Source of the DNA: Acinetobacter phage vB_AbaM_ABMM1
Strand: one strand, 5' to 3'
Sequence record: OQ471969.1
Length of the DNA stretch: 64,000 bases
The notes beneath the pieces are model-generated. The model was not told where the DNA came from. It saw nothing but the letters and a program-made list of their open reading frames with translations, and did not search any database. The position numbers and the translations under genes are program-made. Positions 46,606 to 56,782 of the stretch are shown one piece after another (position 1 is the first letter of the stretch; each line of letters opens with the position of its first letter).

Positions 46606-47385
46606 ATGACTTTAGAAATATGTAAACTTTGCGGAGAAGAAAAAGAGTTACAACGCTCTCATGTAATAGGTAAAGTTGTTTTTAGTAAGATTTTAAGAGA
46701 AGTAGAAAATGGGTATGCAATCAATATCTCAATTGGAAAAAATCAAATAAAGAAAAGTACAGATACATGGGATTCAAAATTGCTATGTAAGGATTGTGAA
46801 AGATTATTTAATCAAAAATATGAAGACTACTCTTATCATGTTTTAAGAAGAGAACAAAAAGGCATTTTAACAAATGAAGGTCCACACGGAATTTATTTTA
46901 GTAAAGTAAATACCTATAGAGTTATTCTCTATTTCTTCTCAATCTATTGGAGAGCGGGTTATTCAACTCACTCAGCTTATTCCAATGTTGTAATCAATGA
47001 AGGTATTAGTAATCATTTAAAACAAGTTTTCAAAGATGAAGCAAACTTAAACCCAAAAGCCTTCAGTGTTAGAGTTAGGTTGTTAAAAGATGAATCCGGA
47101 GGATTCCCTCCAGAAAGCCTAAAGCGAATTATCATAAATCCATATAATAGAATTCAAGGTAAAGGGTTTGTTTTATGCATGATTTACGAAGGATTCTTTT
47201 TTGAACTATTTTGTAATGCTAGTACTTTTAAAGATAGACAAGCACCTGGTTTTTTAAATAGAGCAAAAGATTCATTTTTTGTACCTTATGTAGATTTATT
47301 TGATATCCCCGAAGTTGTGCAAACACTTGCTGATGGTCTAAAAATTCATAATGAGACACCCGATGAAAATAAAATTAAAATATAA
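46606..47385 (+). CDS. CxxC...SH / CxxC zinc-finger protein (HNH-like N-terminus; AT-rich moron)
   Basis: CKLCGEEKELQRSHVIGK and CKDCERLF motifs; preceded by a hairpin at 46566-46590; low local GC. Confidence 0.4.
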   Translation: MTLEICKLCGEEKELQRSHVIGKVVFSKILREVENGYAINISIGKNQIKKSTDTWDSKLLCKDCERLFNQKYEDYSYHVLRREQKGILTNEGPHGIYFSKVNTYRVILYFFSIYWRAGYSTHSAYSNVVINEGISNHLKQVFKDEANLNPKAFSVRVRLLKDESGGFPPESLKRIIINPYNRIQGKGFVLCMIYEGFFFELFCNASTFKDRQAPGFLNRAKDSFFVPYVDLFDIPEVVQTLADGLKIHNETPDENKIKI

Positions 47386-47433
47386 ATAGCAATTGAGGTG
47401 TAGGATAGAGTCGTATCTTGAATTGGACTTGTA

Positions 47434-47649
47434 ATGAAAATATGTATTGGTGGTGATCTTAATGGACAAGTGGTTGAGAAGGATGTTTATTCATTTAAAG
47501 CAGCTGATATAGATCCTGAGAAAAAGTCAGAGTATTTCACCCAGAGTTTTATACTGGGTGATAAAACTCATAGATTCTGGATTAGTAACGATATTGATTT
47601 TCATGAAGCCTGCAAAATCGTTGAAAAGATGATTAGGCATCAAGCTTAA
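47434..47649 (+). CDS. Hypothetical small protein
   Basis: 71-aa ORF. Confidence 0.35.
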   Translation: MKICIGGDLNGQVVEKDVYSFKAADIDPEKKSEYFTQSFILGDKTHRFWISNDIDFHEACKIVEKMIRHQA

Positions 47650-47911
47650 TAAATATATATATTGATAAAAAACGATTTATATATTAAATTATGTGAACTG
47701 TTTATCGGTTTACGTTAATTTAAGTTTTATAGTCCGTACTTTCCCCAAGGTGCGGACTTTTTTTATCTCGTCAAAAATAATGATTGGAACTAGGGTCCTT
47801 TTAAATAAATCAAACGGTCAATAATTCTGGAACTAAGTGTTTTTAAGGATTTTGTCATGCAAGAAGAGTTTCAAGTCTATGTAAATCTTACTTGCTTGAT
47901 TTGAGGTCGTT

Positions 47912-48610
47912 ATGATTAAAAAAAGTAACCGCCGTCAGTGGAGTGAGTTTTTCTCCAATAATAAAAGACAGGAACTCTTTAAGGATTTCAGTGTTTCATT
48001 AGGCAATGAAAAAACTAAAAAGCAAAAGTCTAGCCCTTCTAAACATGTGTTTTTCCCTTGCCATGTAGAAAAAGAATATGAGGGTGAAAACGGTGAAAAT
48101 ACTATATATAGGGGAAGCACAGGCGGTGTTATCATTTCTGGTAAGCAATACATCACAATCAAATTGCCTTATGGATTAAGCGCTAACGAGATTTGGCGGG
48201 CTACAATTGATCAGAATGGAAAGCAAAGAAATAGTCTTTCAGTAGGTGCTAAAAAATATAAAGACAAGGTTCAAAAGCAATATGGACCTATGTTTAGAGC
48301 ACTTAAGTTAAAAGCTATCGATCAACTTTGTGAAATACGATTAATTGTTCAGCCACCACTTAAAACTCGTTCTTACAGTGCAAAGACTTATCCACGCTTT
48401 GATATTGATAACTATCCAAAATTACTTATTGATAGTGTCAAGGGTGATGGCTTGTTATTCAAAGACGACAATATTTTCATAAGTGAACAAATTAAGCTGG
48501 CAGAACCATGTGAAGAAGGTTGTGTCTGGCTTTCGTGCGTTTTTACTGATGAAACTGATTGGTTGTCAAAAACTGTAGATTTTGATTGGTTAGCTGGGAG
48601 AAGCATTTAA
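47912..48610 (+). CDS. rusA: RusA-family Holliday junction resolvase; N-terminal extension or start uncertain
   Basis: IKLPYGLSANEIWR and DIDNYPKLLIDSVKG...DDNIFISE match RusA motifs; the RusA domain is ~150 aa of the 232-aa ORF. Confidence 0.6.
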   Translation: MIKKSNRRQWSEFFSNNKRQELFKDFSVSLGNEKTKKQKSSPSKHVFFPCHVEKEYEGENGENTIYRGSTGGVIISGKQYITIKLPYGLSANEIWRATIDQNGKQRNSLSVGAKKYKDKVQKQYGPMFRALKLKAIDQLCEIRLIVQPPLKTRSYSAKTYPRFDIDNYPKLLIDSVKGDGLLFKDDNIFISEQIKLAEPCEEGCVWLSCVFTDETDWLSKTVDFDWLAGRSI

Positions 48611-49297
48611 ATGGCGAAAAAGAGCGATTTGCAACGTCGAGTACTTATCGGAAGAAAACTTGCAATGGCGCGTGACATGGCTCAATTACGTCAAGAAGAC
48701 GTAGCATTAGAAATATTCGGTACACCGCATAAAAATCGTATGAGTGAAATCGAAAACGGTAAGTTAATGCCAGATGCAGAATTACTTTCTTTGCTATGTC
48801 AAAAATATGGTGTTTCAGCTGACTGGATTCTTGGTTTTACGATTGAACCGGAACTAGATAAAACAGCTTCTGTAGCTGGTATTCTGTTTAACAGTCTTGG
48901 TGAAATGATGAGTGAATATACTCAAGCCATGGCATTTCAATTGAGTATGGCAGCGGCACAGCATATTACTTCTTTCCCTAAAGCCTTAACGGTTGAGTTA
49001 CTAGAAGCCTCAAAGGGCCTTATTCAAGCTTGTTTATCGCAAGATCAGTCTATTCAAGAAAAGGTTTTACCAGAACTTCACACCCTTATGCGTATAGTGC
49101 GTGAGTGTGAACAAAATCGTGCGAAACAAATCCGTAACTTAGAAATGGCTATCGATGATGTTTTCCAACGCGAAGAGAACGATTTACAGCAAAAAGCTCT
49201 AATTGATCTTATCCAAAATAAAAAACGTTTTAGCAAGGCTTCTTTACAGCAACAAGCTATAGCAGAAGTAAAACAAATAGGTCTATTTACTGAATAA
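48611..49297 (+). CDS. HTH (XRE-like) late-gene regulator candidate
   Basis: 228 aa; N-terminal HTH; stop/start adjacent to rusA. Confidence 0.45.
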   Translation: MAKKSDLQRRVLIGRKLAMARDMAQLRQEDVALEIFGTPHKNRMSEIENGKLMPDAELLSLLCQKYGVSADWILGFTIEPELDKTASVAGILFNSLGEMMSEYTQAMAFQLSMAAAQHITSFPKALTVELLEASKGLIQACLSQDQSIQEKVLPELHTLMRIVRECEQNRAKQIRNLEMAIDDVFQREENDLQQKALIDLIQNKKRFSKASLQQQAIAEVKQIGLFTE

Positions 49298-49310
49298 GGG
49301 ATAGACTTTA

Positions 49311-50147
49311 ATGGCTCGCAAGATTGAATACTCGGAAGAAATTTGGAACCGGCTAAAAGAAGTCTATGAATCTTCTCCTAAGATTACGTGGCAAGCTTTA
49401 GTTGATCAGGTTGGCGAAGAACTCGGTTGTGAGATGCCTTCGCCATCCGTTGTACGCCGTAAAGCACTTGCTGAGAAATGGAAAAAGAAAGCTAAATCTC
49501 TAGTCAAAAAGACAGCCCAAGAGCTTAATAAAGAGATTAAAAAATTGACCAAAAAAAACAATGGTCAAGAAGACACACAAGATACTGAAAAATCAGAAAA
49601 AAGTGATAGTCAAAAATCTGTCAAAAAAACGTCAAATATTGCTGAATTTAATAGTCAAAACTCAAAAAATAGTGGTCATAACAACGGTGGCCGTTCTACA
49701 GTCAACGAGAACTATCTAAAGTCAGCTTTGGTTGTCAAAAATAACCGTATAAGAGCTCATAAGCTTGGAGAGTTAATTACAGACACTATCGATAGTGTTA
49801 TTCATATTAGAGATGAAGTACTGAATTTAAATAATCCAACTGAGGAACAATTAGCATTAGTCAAGTTCAAGATGGGACTTATATGTCAGGTTGTAGATTT
49901 AAACGTTAAGCAAAGTATCAGCATTTCTAACATTGCCAAGACAGAAGCAATGTTCTGGGGCTTAGATGTAGATGATCTTAAAGACCAGTCGGAAGTTCAA
50001 GCACGGCGTAGTTCTGTTATTTCGGGTGCTGAAGAAAGAATGGCAATCGCTAAAGCAAACATGAAACGGAAAAAAGAAGAAGCATTTATGCGTAAGTTAG
50101 CGCTAATTGAAGCAGGTGAAGTAGAGTCTGAAGATGTTCAAGAATAA
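49311..50147 (+). CDS. Hypothetical K/E-rich protein (possibly a terminase small subunit-like DNA-binding protein)
   Basis: 278 aa; contains an A8 homopolymer at 49551-49558. Confidence 0.35.
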   Translation: MARKIEYSEEIWNRLKEVYESSPKITWQALVDQVGEELGCEMPSPSVVRRKALAEKWKKKAKSLVKKTAQELNKEIKKLTKKNNGQEDTQDTEKSEKSDSQKSVKKTSNIAEFNSQNSKNSGHNNGGRSTVNENYLKSALVVKNNRIRAHKLGELITDTIDSVIHIRDEVLNLNNPTEEQLALVKFKMGLICQVVDLNVKQSISISNIAKTEAMFWGLDVDDLKDQSEVQARRSSVISGAEERMAIAKANMKRKKEEAFMRKLALIEAGEVESEDVQE

Positions 50148-50264
50148 GTTGAAAATACACTGGAATATAGTTGATTAATGAATATACTATTTACTTGATA
50201 TGTACAACAATTTTCATTTCATCTAACAACTTAATTCAAGACATCTAAAGTAGGAGAATAATTC

Positions 50265-50687
50265 TTGAATCCTTATTTTTTTGGTATTAACTCTTTATTT
50301 TTATATGCTTTTTTGGTGGTTATTGCCATCGTGGGCATTTTGTTGATTCGTTTTAATAAGTTTCATAACACTGCTGGAAGTGGATTCGGTGTTATTTTAA
50401 TCGGCTTAGCTATAATTAGTGGTTTCTCCTATCATAGCTATATGAGTAAACCAATTACTCATGCGGACGCAAAGAAACTCGATCTTGTATATGATGAGAG
50501 TTACGGCAATCCCCAAGCTGAAGCCTTCCGAAACGAAATGTCAGACTTAGCTAAAAAAAATGGGATCGTTGTTAGTTCAGCTTTTTCATATAGCGGTAGG
50601 GATATCTATGTTGACTACATTACAAGAAGCGACTTCAATAGACTTGCTAAGCTTTATGATGAAAGCAAAAAAATTGATAATAATTAA
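50265..50687 (+). CDS. Membrane protein (two TM helices)
   Basis: 140 aa. Confidence 0.45.
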   Translation: MNPYFFGINSLFLYAFLVVIAIVGILLIRFNKFHNTAGSGFGVILIGLAIISGFSYHSYMSKPITHADAKKLDLVYDESYGNPQAEAFRNEMSDLAKKNGIVVSSAFSYSGRDIYVDYITRSDFNRLAKLYDESKKIDNN

Positions 50688-50696
50688 GGTGATATA

Positions 50697-50999
50697 ATGA
50701 CAACAAAATCGTTTCAAAATCTTAGTGTTATGCAACGTGTTGAAGTCGCATTATTTACTTCGGGAATTGCTGTGGCTTACATGGTAATTTTGATGTTAAT
50801 AATGAAGCCATATCTGATTTTCATCAATCCTGTATCAATGCTGTTTGTTGAAGCTGCAGGTTTGGACCCTTTCAATAATGTTTTACAAATTTTAAGTGGA
50901 TTTTGCTTCATTCTAACGCAACTCACTGTACTTTTAGTTCCTTATATAATTGTTCGTTTTTTAGTAGAAGTTTTCCTAAAAAAACTGAAAGAAGAGTAA
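50697..50999 (+). CDS. Small membrane protein (three TM helices)
   Basis: 100 aa. Confidence 0.45.
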   Translation: MTTKSFQNLSVMQRVEVALFTSGIAVAYMVILMLIMKPYLIFINPVSMLFVEAAGLDPFNNVLQILSGFCFILTQLTVLLVPYIIVRFLVEVFLKKLKEE

Positions 51000-51122
51000 C
51001 TTTTTAAGCTCTAAATTATTAGTTAGATGGCCTGTCTGAGAGTTTATACAATAGGAACCCATCAACATTTAGTTCAAAAAACTTAACCAAAATGCCCTAT
51101 ATCAATATGGGGCATTTTCGTT

Positions 51123-53411
51123 ATGACAGATTCAAATCACAATAACCCAGTTTTATCATACGATGAGTTGGGCTTCATCATCGGGATGAAACGAGTTGAA
51201 AAAAAAGTAAGTACGATTGATTCAAATATTGAGAAGATCATAGATATTCTTACTCAAAGCTTTGAAGAGCAAAAAGTACAACTTGCACAGCCTCAGCCTA
51301 AACTGACTGAATTTCAAAAGATGCTTAATACTGTCAATAATAGACAAGCTTTAGATTTTGAAGATTTATTAAAAGAAAAAGCTAATCCAATTACTCAATC
51401 TTTTGTTGTAGCAGATAAACTGGTCAAAGACTTCGCTGATATATTGGAGCAATCAGTTAATGACCTTAAGACTGTAGAAAAGAAACAGACTAACCAACCT
51501 AAAAGTTTAAAACCTGCTATAGAAATTAATAGTCATGAAGACTTATCAAAAATTGTAAATCCTACTGTTCCTGAGCGTGATGAAAAGGGCCGTTTTGTAT
51601 CTAATCCAAATGAACCCCAAAACCAATCATCGATTCGTAAAGTTGCCCAAACGATATCTACGGCGATTAAAGGGGTAATGCCGAACTCACCACAAGGTGT
51701 AGATCCTACAGTTGATGCTATCAATGAAGTTAGTCATTTACTTTCACCTGTACGCCGTGCAGCAGGATTAGCTTTGCGGCCATTAACTGGATTAATGCGT
51801 AGTAAAAAGCGAAATGAGCCATTACCTCGTGAACAAGAGAACCATAACCGCAAACAAATAAAGTTATTGCAGCGTATTGCCGATAATTTAGCTTCTAAGG
51901 GTGGTTTGTTAGGTTCACTAGGGAAATTACTTTCTACAGCTCTATCTGCTGGCAGTGGGCTTCTAGGCGGTGTTCTAGGCAAAGGAAAGAAAGGTGTAGG
52001 GAAATTAGGAAAGGGCTTGGGTAAACTTCTCAAGTTTGGACGTGGTCTACCCGTAATTGGTGCACTGGCTGCTGGTGCATCATTGTTAGATTGGAATGAA
52101 CAAAGTACACAAGAAAAGGGCGGTACCGTTGGTAGTCTTGCAGGTGGAGTAATTGGTGGTACTGTCGGGTCTTTATTTGGTCCAGCTGGTACTTTGATTG
52201 GTGGTATGGCTGGTTCTTGGATAGGTAATAAGCTAGGTACCGCAGTTGCGCCGTATTTTAAAGAATGGACCGATTCATTAATTGCTGCAGATGTACCAAG
52301 TATTATTAATACTGCTTGGAAAGGATTTGTAAGCTATGCGTCTAATGCTTTTGATCAGGCGAAAGGTACTGCTTCAAAAGTTATAGACGGCGTTAAAGAT
52401 ACTGCTGGTGATGCCTTAGACTTCATTAAGGATAAATTTAATCGCTTTAATCCATTTCATGACGGCGTTCCCACATGGGGCATTGGGCAAGGAGTTTATA
52501 AGCCGGGTTTTGGAGCAAATAAAAATGTACCTGCTTATGGATCAACTATTTCTCCAATTGGTGAAAAAACTAAGGAAAAGCAACTTGCAGTTTACAATGC
52601 TATGAAGAAAGCAGGTTTTAATGATAATTGGGCTGCTGGTTTAACTGCTTCCGTTGGTCGAGAAAATGATTATCGAGATGAATACTTGTTTGGTAAACAT
52701 CAAGATAAAGCTGGTGGAATAAATATGGGAATGATTTCTTGGCAAGGAGCTCGTAAAGACCGGCTTACGGCATATATGAAGGAAAGGGGATTACTTGATG
52801 CAAACGGTAATATGGTACGGAGCCAAGCAGCTTTAGATGCACAAGGTGCATTTATGAAGCATGAAATCGAAACGAATCCAGAATATGCTTCAGTTAAAGC
52901 TTATATGCAGAAAAACCCAAATGCATCAAAAGAAGATATTGCCCGAGTTCTCGGCACAAAATATGTAAGATGGGCGTATGGGCAAACAAAGCTTCGCAAT
53001 GGGAAGTCATTTGATTATAGACCGCATTTAGAAAAGGAATATAAATACAGAGCTAACATTGATAAAACCGTTCAGGAACAGAAAACTAATCTACCTAAAG
53101 AAAATACCCCAGCTGTATCAGATTTGAAATCAAGTCATATTGTGGAAAATACAAGAGCTAAAGTTGCTAGTGTTTTAAGCACCCAAAAAGCTATCGTTCC
53201 CCAAGCTACTACAAAAGCAAAACCTTCATTAAATAATCAAAATAGATTATTAACTAATGTCACGCCGTTTAAGCAACCTTTAAATACTCCTAACCCACAG
53301 GAAGTTGTTGTTGTAAATCAGAATAATGGTAACATCGGGCAGAATGTTAGTGATCGTTTCCTTGCTCATGCTCTAACTGGCGGCATTGGAATGGGGAAAT
53401 TAGACGTTTAG
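51123..53411 (+). CDS. Tape-measure-like protein with a glycine-zipper core and a possible muralytic C-terminal region
   Basis: 762 aa; GGLLGSLGKLLSTALSAGSGLLGGVLGKG... glycine-rich membrane-like block. Confidence 0.4.
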   Translation: MTDSNHNNPVLSYDELGFIIGMKRVEKKVSTIDSNIEKIIDILTQSFEEQKVQLAQPQPKLTEFQKMLNTVNNRQALDFEDLLKEKANPITQSFVVADKLVKDFADILEQSVNDLKTVEKKQTNQPKSLKPAIEINSHEDLSKIVNPTVPERDEKGRFVSNPNEPQNQSSIRKVAQTISTAIKGVMPNSPQGVDPTVDAINEVSHLLSPVRRAAGLALRPLTGLMRSKKRNEPLPREQENHNRKQIKLLQRIADNLASKGGLLGSLGKLLSTALSAGSGLLGGVLGKGKKGVGKLGKGLGKLLKFGRGLPVIGALAAGASLLDWNEQSTQEKGGTVGSLAGGVIGGTVGSLFGPAGTLIGGMAGSWIGNKLGTAVAPYFKEWTDSLIAADVPSIINTAWKGFVSYASNAFDQAKGTASKVIDGVKDTAGDALDFIKDKFNRFNPFHDGVPTWGIGQGVYKPGFGANKNVPAYGSTISPIGEKTKEKQLAVYNAMKKAGFNDNWAAGLTASVGRENDYRDEYLFGKHQDKAGGINMGMISWQGARKDRLTAYMKERGLLDANGNMVRSQAALDAQGAFMKHEIETNPEYASVKAYMQKNPNASKEDIARVLGTKYVRWAYGQTKLRNGKSFDYRPHLEKEYKYRANIDKTVQEQKTNLPKENTPAVSDLKSSHIVENTRAKVASVLSTQKAIVPQATTKAKPSLNNQNRLLTNVTPFKQPLNTPNPQEVVVVNQNNGNIGQNVSDRFLAHALTGGIGMGKLDV

Positions 53412-53424
53412 TTTTGGGATATAT

Positions 53425-54480
53425 ATGACTTTAAAATTATTAAAATTATCTTTCTTAGTTACGGCAGCTTTTTCAAGTTATGTTCAAGCTGCTACAAGTG
53501 TTAATGATATTCTGAATAAACAAATAATTGCTACCAACAGTGAAAATATTAATTCGACAAAGGTAGTTAGTGAACTTTGTATTTTTAGTTGTGATTTATT
53601 AAGTACAAACCCTGAAGTGTCTTATGGTGGCATGGACGAACTTTATGTTCTTTTACGAGAAAAATATGGTTTAGATTCTAAGCAAAGTTGTAAGTTCTAT
53701 AAAAGGACAACTGGCAATGTAATATTAGATACACAATATAAAATTGCAGCCTTACAGGGAACGCCAAATCCTGATGCCTATTCAGATTCAATTTTTAATA
53801 ATTTGATATATAAGCAAGGAATATATAGTTCTTCAGATGTAAATGTGGACATTTATTATGATTTAGTTGACATTGCTAGAATCAATAATCCTGAATTAGA
53901 TGAAAATAGCAAAAACAATCTAGTAAAAACTTTTCAAATGCGCCATCGTTTTATTGCCAATAGTTGTGGTGAAAAATTTATGATGGCTTATGACAAGTAC
54001 TTAAATAAAGTTAGTGAGTTAAGAGAGGCTGAATATATTGAAGCAATTAATAAAAAGAATGCTAAAGAACGGGAAAAAGAGGAATGGGAAGAAGAAATCC
54101 GTTTAGCAAAACAAGCAAGAGATCGAGCCGATGCGGAGAGGGAGGAACAAGCCCGTTTAATTGATGCTAAGAAGCGGGAAAATAGACAAAAAATTAATCT
54201 ATGCAAAAGTACTAATAATTATAAGCTATTTATAGAATCCTCTAATGTTGTTAGTGCACGAAATAGTATTAAAGTTGCACAAGACGTTTTAAAAGAAGAA
54301 GATAGGTTACAAAGTTTTAGCGGTGTCACTCGTTTAGATAGGCGTTATGCAGCTGCTCAACGGATCGAGTATGGGCAAAAAACTCTAAATCAAAGCTTTG
54401 CCAAGTATAAACAATTGGGTGGAAGTGCAAGTAGTGTTGCTACTGTGACACCTCTAAATAATCCATGTAAGGGTTTGTGA
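53425..54480 (+). CDS. Secreted protein with a charged coiled-coil segment
   Basis: Signal peptide MTLKLLKLSFLVTAAFSSYVQA; EREKEEWEEEIRLAKQARDRADAEREEQARL. Confidence 0.5.
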   Translation: MTLKLLKLSFLVTAAFSSYVQAATSVNDILNKQIIATNSENINSTKVVSELCIFSCDLLSTNPEVSYGGMDELYVLLREKYGLDSKQSCKFYKRTTGNVILDTQYKIAALQGTPNPDAYSDSIFNNLIYKQGIYSSSDVNVDIYYDLVDIARINNPELDENSKNNLVKTFQMRHRFIANSCGEKFMMAYDKYLNKVSELREAEYIEAINKKNAKEREKEEWEEEIRLAKQARDRADAEREEQARLIDAKKRENRQKINLCKSTNNYKLFIESSNVVSARNSIKVAQDVLKEEDRLQSFSGVTRLDRRYAAAQRIEYGQKTLNQSFAKYKQLGGSASSVATVTPLNNPCKGL

Positions 54481-54504
54481 TTTTTCCAATATGATCAAGA
54501 AAAA

Positions 54505-54535
54505 CCGCCGTGATAGTTATCACGGCATTTTTTTT
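54505..54535 (+). terminator. Rho-independent terminator
   Basis: gccgtgata-gt-tatcacggc followed by a T9 run. Confidence 0.65.
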
Positions 54536-54554
54536 CATATAACTTGATCTATTC

Positions 54555-54589
54555 TTAACTTAACTTAACTTAACTTAACTTAACTTAAC
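54555..54589. repeat. Pentanucleotide microsatellite (TTAAC)x7
   Basis: Seven perfect tandem units, 54555-54589. Confidence 0.9.
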
Positions 54590-54803
54590 GTAAGTGAAGC
54601 AAATAAAATCACAGTATAGAGTTGTAACTCTATAAATCTTTAATTTTGGAATCTTGGGGTTATAAATTTAAAATTAATAATTTCAATAAGTTGAATTTTT
54701 ATTAATAACTATTTGATTTTAAATTTGTTGACAATATTTTTTTTAGAACTATTATTAAAAAAGGTGTCTAAAAATCTGAAATATCATTCAAAAGGAGTTC
54801 TTG

Positions 54804-55745
54804 GTGAAAAACTATACAGTTGCTGTAAAGATTACAGAATCTAAGTCTTTCTTTAAAAAAGATATTTATGAGGCTGCACTTTTTGATAAACCGAATATTA
54901 ATGCTACTGGTTCCAGTTATGACGAGGTGATTAGGAAGGTATATGAGAAGACGCTTGAGTATTTTGATTTTCTAAGTGACCAAGGTCTTGATATTCCTGA
55001 GCCGACTGAAATTAATTCAGTAACATTTAAAAAACGTGATAAAGATGTTTTTTTTCATGTCATAACAATTGATACATCAATCTATGCGGAAAAGACTGAA
55101 AAGATTAACGTTACAATTCCCATATCTTTAACACGAAAAATTGATGACTTTCTAAAAGATAAAGTACATAACTCAAATCTTTTCTCCTCTAGATCAGATT
55201 ACATAACCAAATCTTGCCAAAGATATTTACCCTATGCGAATTATCTTGCCTCGCTCTACAATAATGAAGATTTAATAATTGCTCACAGATATCACGAAAG
55301 TAATACCACGAGAAATTGTCTTAATTTGCTCGACTATTTGAAGCTACCTAATTGTCAAGAAGTAATCTTATTTGCGACTTATCGTACACCTACTGATGGG
55401 TTTAGTAGAGATGACGGGCCTGAAACTAATTTGCCCCTCATGGGAGCAATTGCGAAAGTCCAATTACCAGGATTAAACGAGATTTATATTATTTTTGATG
55501 GACTTTTCCTAACCGCGCAAAGGAAGCCGCGCTACAATGAAGTAAAAGATGTGCTGGATACAGCTTTGGAAACAGATAAAACATCATTTATTCAATTATC
55601 AGTTCCATTTACTTCACAGTTAGATCCTGTGGAAGCAGTCAAAATATTAAGTGAATTTCCTAGACAGAAATTAACTAAGGAAACTCGACCTACTTTTTTT
55701 AATTTATTAAGTAATCTAACAGAAGAACAATATGTAAATTTTTAA
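54804..55745 (+). CDS. HicB-like antitoxin domain plus ribbon-helix-helix, fused to a ~165-aa uncharacterised C-terminal domain
   Basis: YTVAVKI...YEAALFD...GSSYDEVIRKVYEKTLEYFDF...GLDIPEP (HicB/UPF0150-like), then INVTIPISLTRKIDDFL...SRSDYITKSCQRYL (RHH); GTG 54804 after an aaggag RBS (six-frame start TTG 54801); no hicA seen nearby. Confidence 0.5.
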   Translation: MKNYTVAVKITESKSFFKKDIYEAALFDKPNINATGSSYDEVIRKVYEKTLEYFDFLSDQGLDIPEPTEINSVTFKKRDKDVFFHVITIDTSIYAEKTEKINVTIPISLTRKIDDFLKDKVHNSNLFSSRSDYITKSCQRYLPYANYLASLYNNEDLIIAHRYHESNTTRNCLNLLDYLKLPNCQEVILFATYRTPTDGFSRDDGPETNLPLMGAIAKVQLPGLNEIYIIFDGLFLTAQRKPRYNEVKDVLDTALETDKTSFIQLSVPFTSQLDPVEAVKILSEFPRQKLTKETRPTFFNLLSNLTEEQYVNF

Positions 55746-55785
55746 CCACAAAAAAGCCTCGCAGTCCGTGGAAAGAAAACGAGGC
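55746..55785 (-). terminator. Terminator-like hairpin antisense to the ant3 leader
   Basis: gcctcg...cgaggc stem followed on the minus strand by TTTTT. Confidence 0.35.
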
Positions 55786-56709
55786 CTGTCATTGCATAGG
55801 AGCAACAACGTGCGTACTTTAACACAAATTAATGTACCTTTTCATAGTGCTGATTTAGTAATTATTGAATTCAACAATCAGCCATTTACTGCCATGCGCC
55901 CAATTGTTGAAGGAATGGGCCTCACATGGCAATCACAATATGAAAAGTTAAAACAAAGATTTAGTTCAGTTATCACTGAAATAGTGACAACTGGAAAAGA
56001 TGGTAAACAGTACAATATGGTTTGTTTACCTGTTCGTAAGCTTTTTGGATGGTTAATGACTATAAGTCCAAACAAGGTTAATCCCGAAATTCGAGATACT
56101 GTGATCATGTACCAGCAAGAGTGCGACGATGTGCTGTGGGAATACTGGACTAAAGGGCAAGCAATAAACCAACGCTTAACCATTTCTCCAGAACAACAAA
56201 ATGCACTGCACGAGATAGTTGATCGCCGTGCAGGGAGGGATCGAAGCTTAAGAGCTTCAATGTGGATTCGTCATAATCGCCACTTTGGAATTGCTAAATA
56301 TAGCCAATTGCTTTCAATCCATTTTGATGAGGCGAAGCAGTATCTTGAGCTCTTGCCGTTACAAGAGCTAGTTCCAGCTGAAACAGATACACTTAAACGT
56401 TTAGAAAAGTTTGTAGATAATCTCGCTGCTCGTTATCCAGCATTAGAAAACCCTCTTGCTTATGACATTGCACAGCAATTAGGTGAGGAGCTAAAGTATC
56501 AATCTCCAAAAGGACCTAAAAACTTTTGGATATCGATTCAAGAAAGCGGAGCAGTTTCTGTACAGCAATATTCACTACACCACACACCAGTTAATGTTGT
56601 GCAATTGCGTGAACGCTTTAATCAATTGTGGGATTTTCTTCATAAAGATGAGGTGCTTGAACTTGGGAAGGTTTTAAAACGCTTTCCTTTCGAACCTGTG
56701 AATCGATAA
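55768..56709 (+). CDS. Phage antirepressor-like protein, paralog 3
   Basis: Six-frame ORF from ATG 55768; by alignment with the paralogs, GTG 55810 after aggag is the likelier start (VRTLTQINVPFHSADL). Confidence 0.6.
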   Translation: MERKRGLSLHRSNNVRTLTQINVPFHSADLVIIEFNNQPFTAMRPIVEGMGLTWQSQYEKLKQRFSSVITEIVTTGKDGKQYNMVCLPVRKLFGWLMTISPNKVNPEIRDTVIMYQQECDDVLWEYWTKGQAINQRLTISPEQQNALHEIVDRRAGRDRSLRASMWIRHNRHFGIAKYSQLLSIHFDEAKQYLELLPLQELVPAETDTLKRLEKFVDNLAARYPALENPLAYDIAQQLGEELKYQSPKGPKNFWISIQESGAVSVQQYSLHHTPVNVVQLRERFNQLWDFLHKDEVLELGKVLKRFPFEPVNR

Positions 56710-56754
56710 GGGCTTATCAAAATATAAAGATGTCTAAATAGGACTCCCCTAATA

Positions 56755-56782
56755 AAAAGCCAGCTATTAGCTGGCTTTTTTC
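56755..56782. terminator. Bidirectional terminator
   Basis: aaaaagccagctattagctggcttttttc. Confidence 0.7.

Noticed and set aside
51533-52033. Minus-strand ORFs inside the tape-measure-like gene
   Set aside because: They are antisense to a glycine-codon-rich region (GGN repeats read in reverse give Pro/Thr/Ser-rich artefacts).
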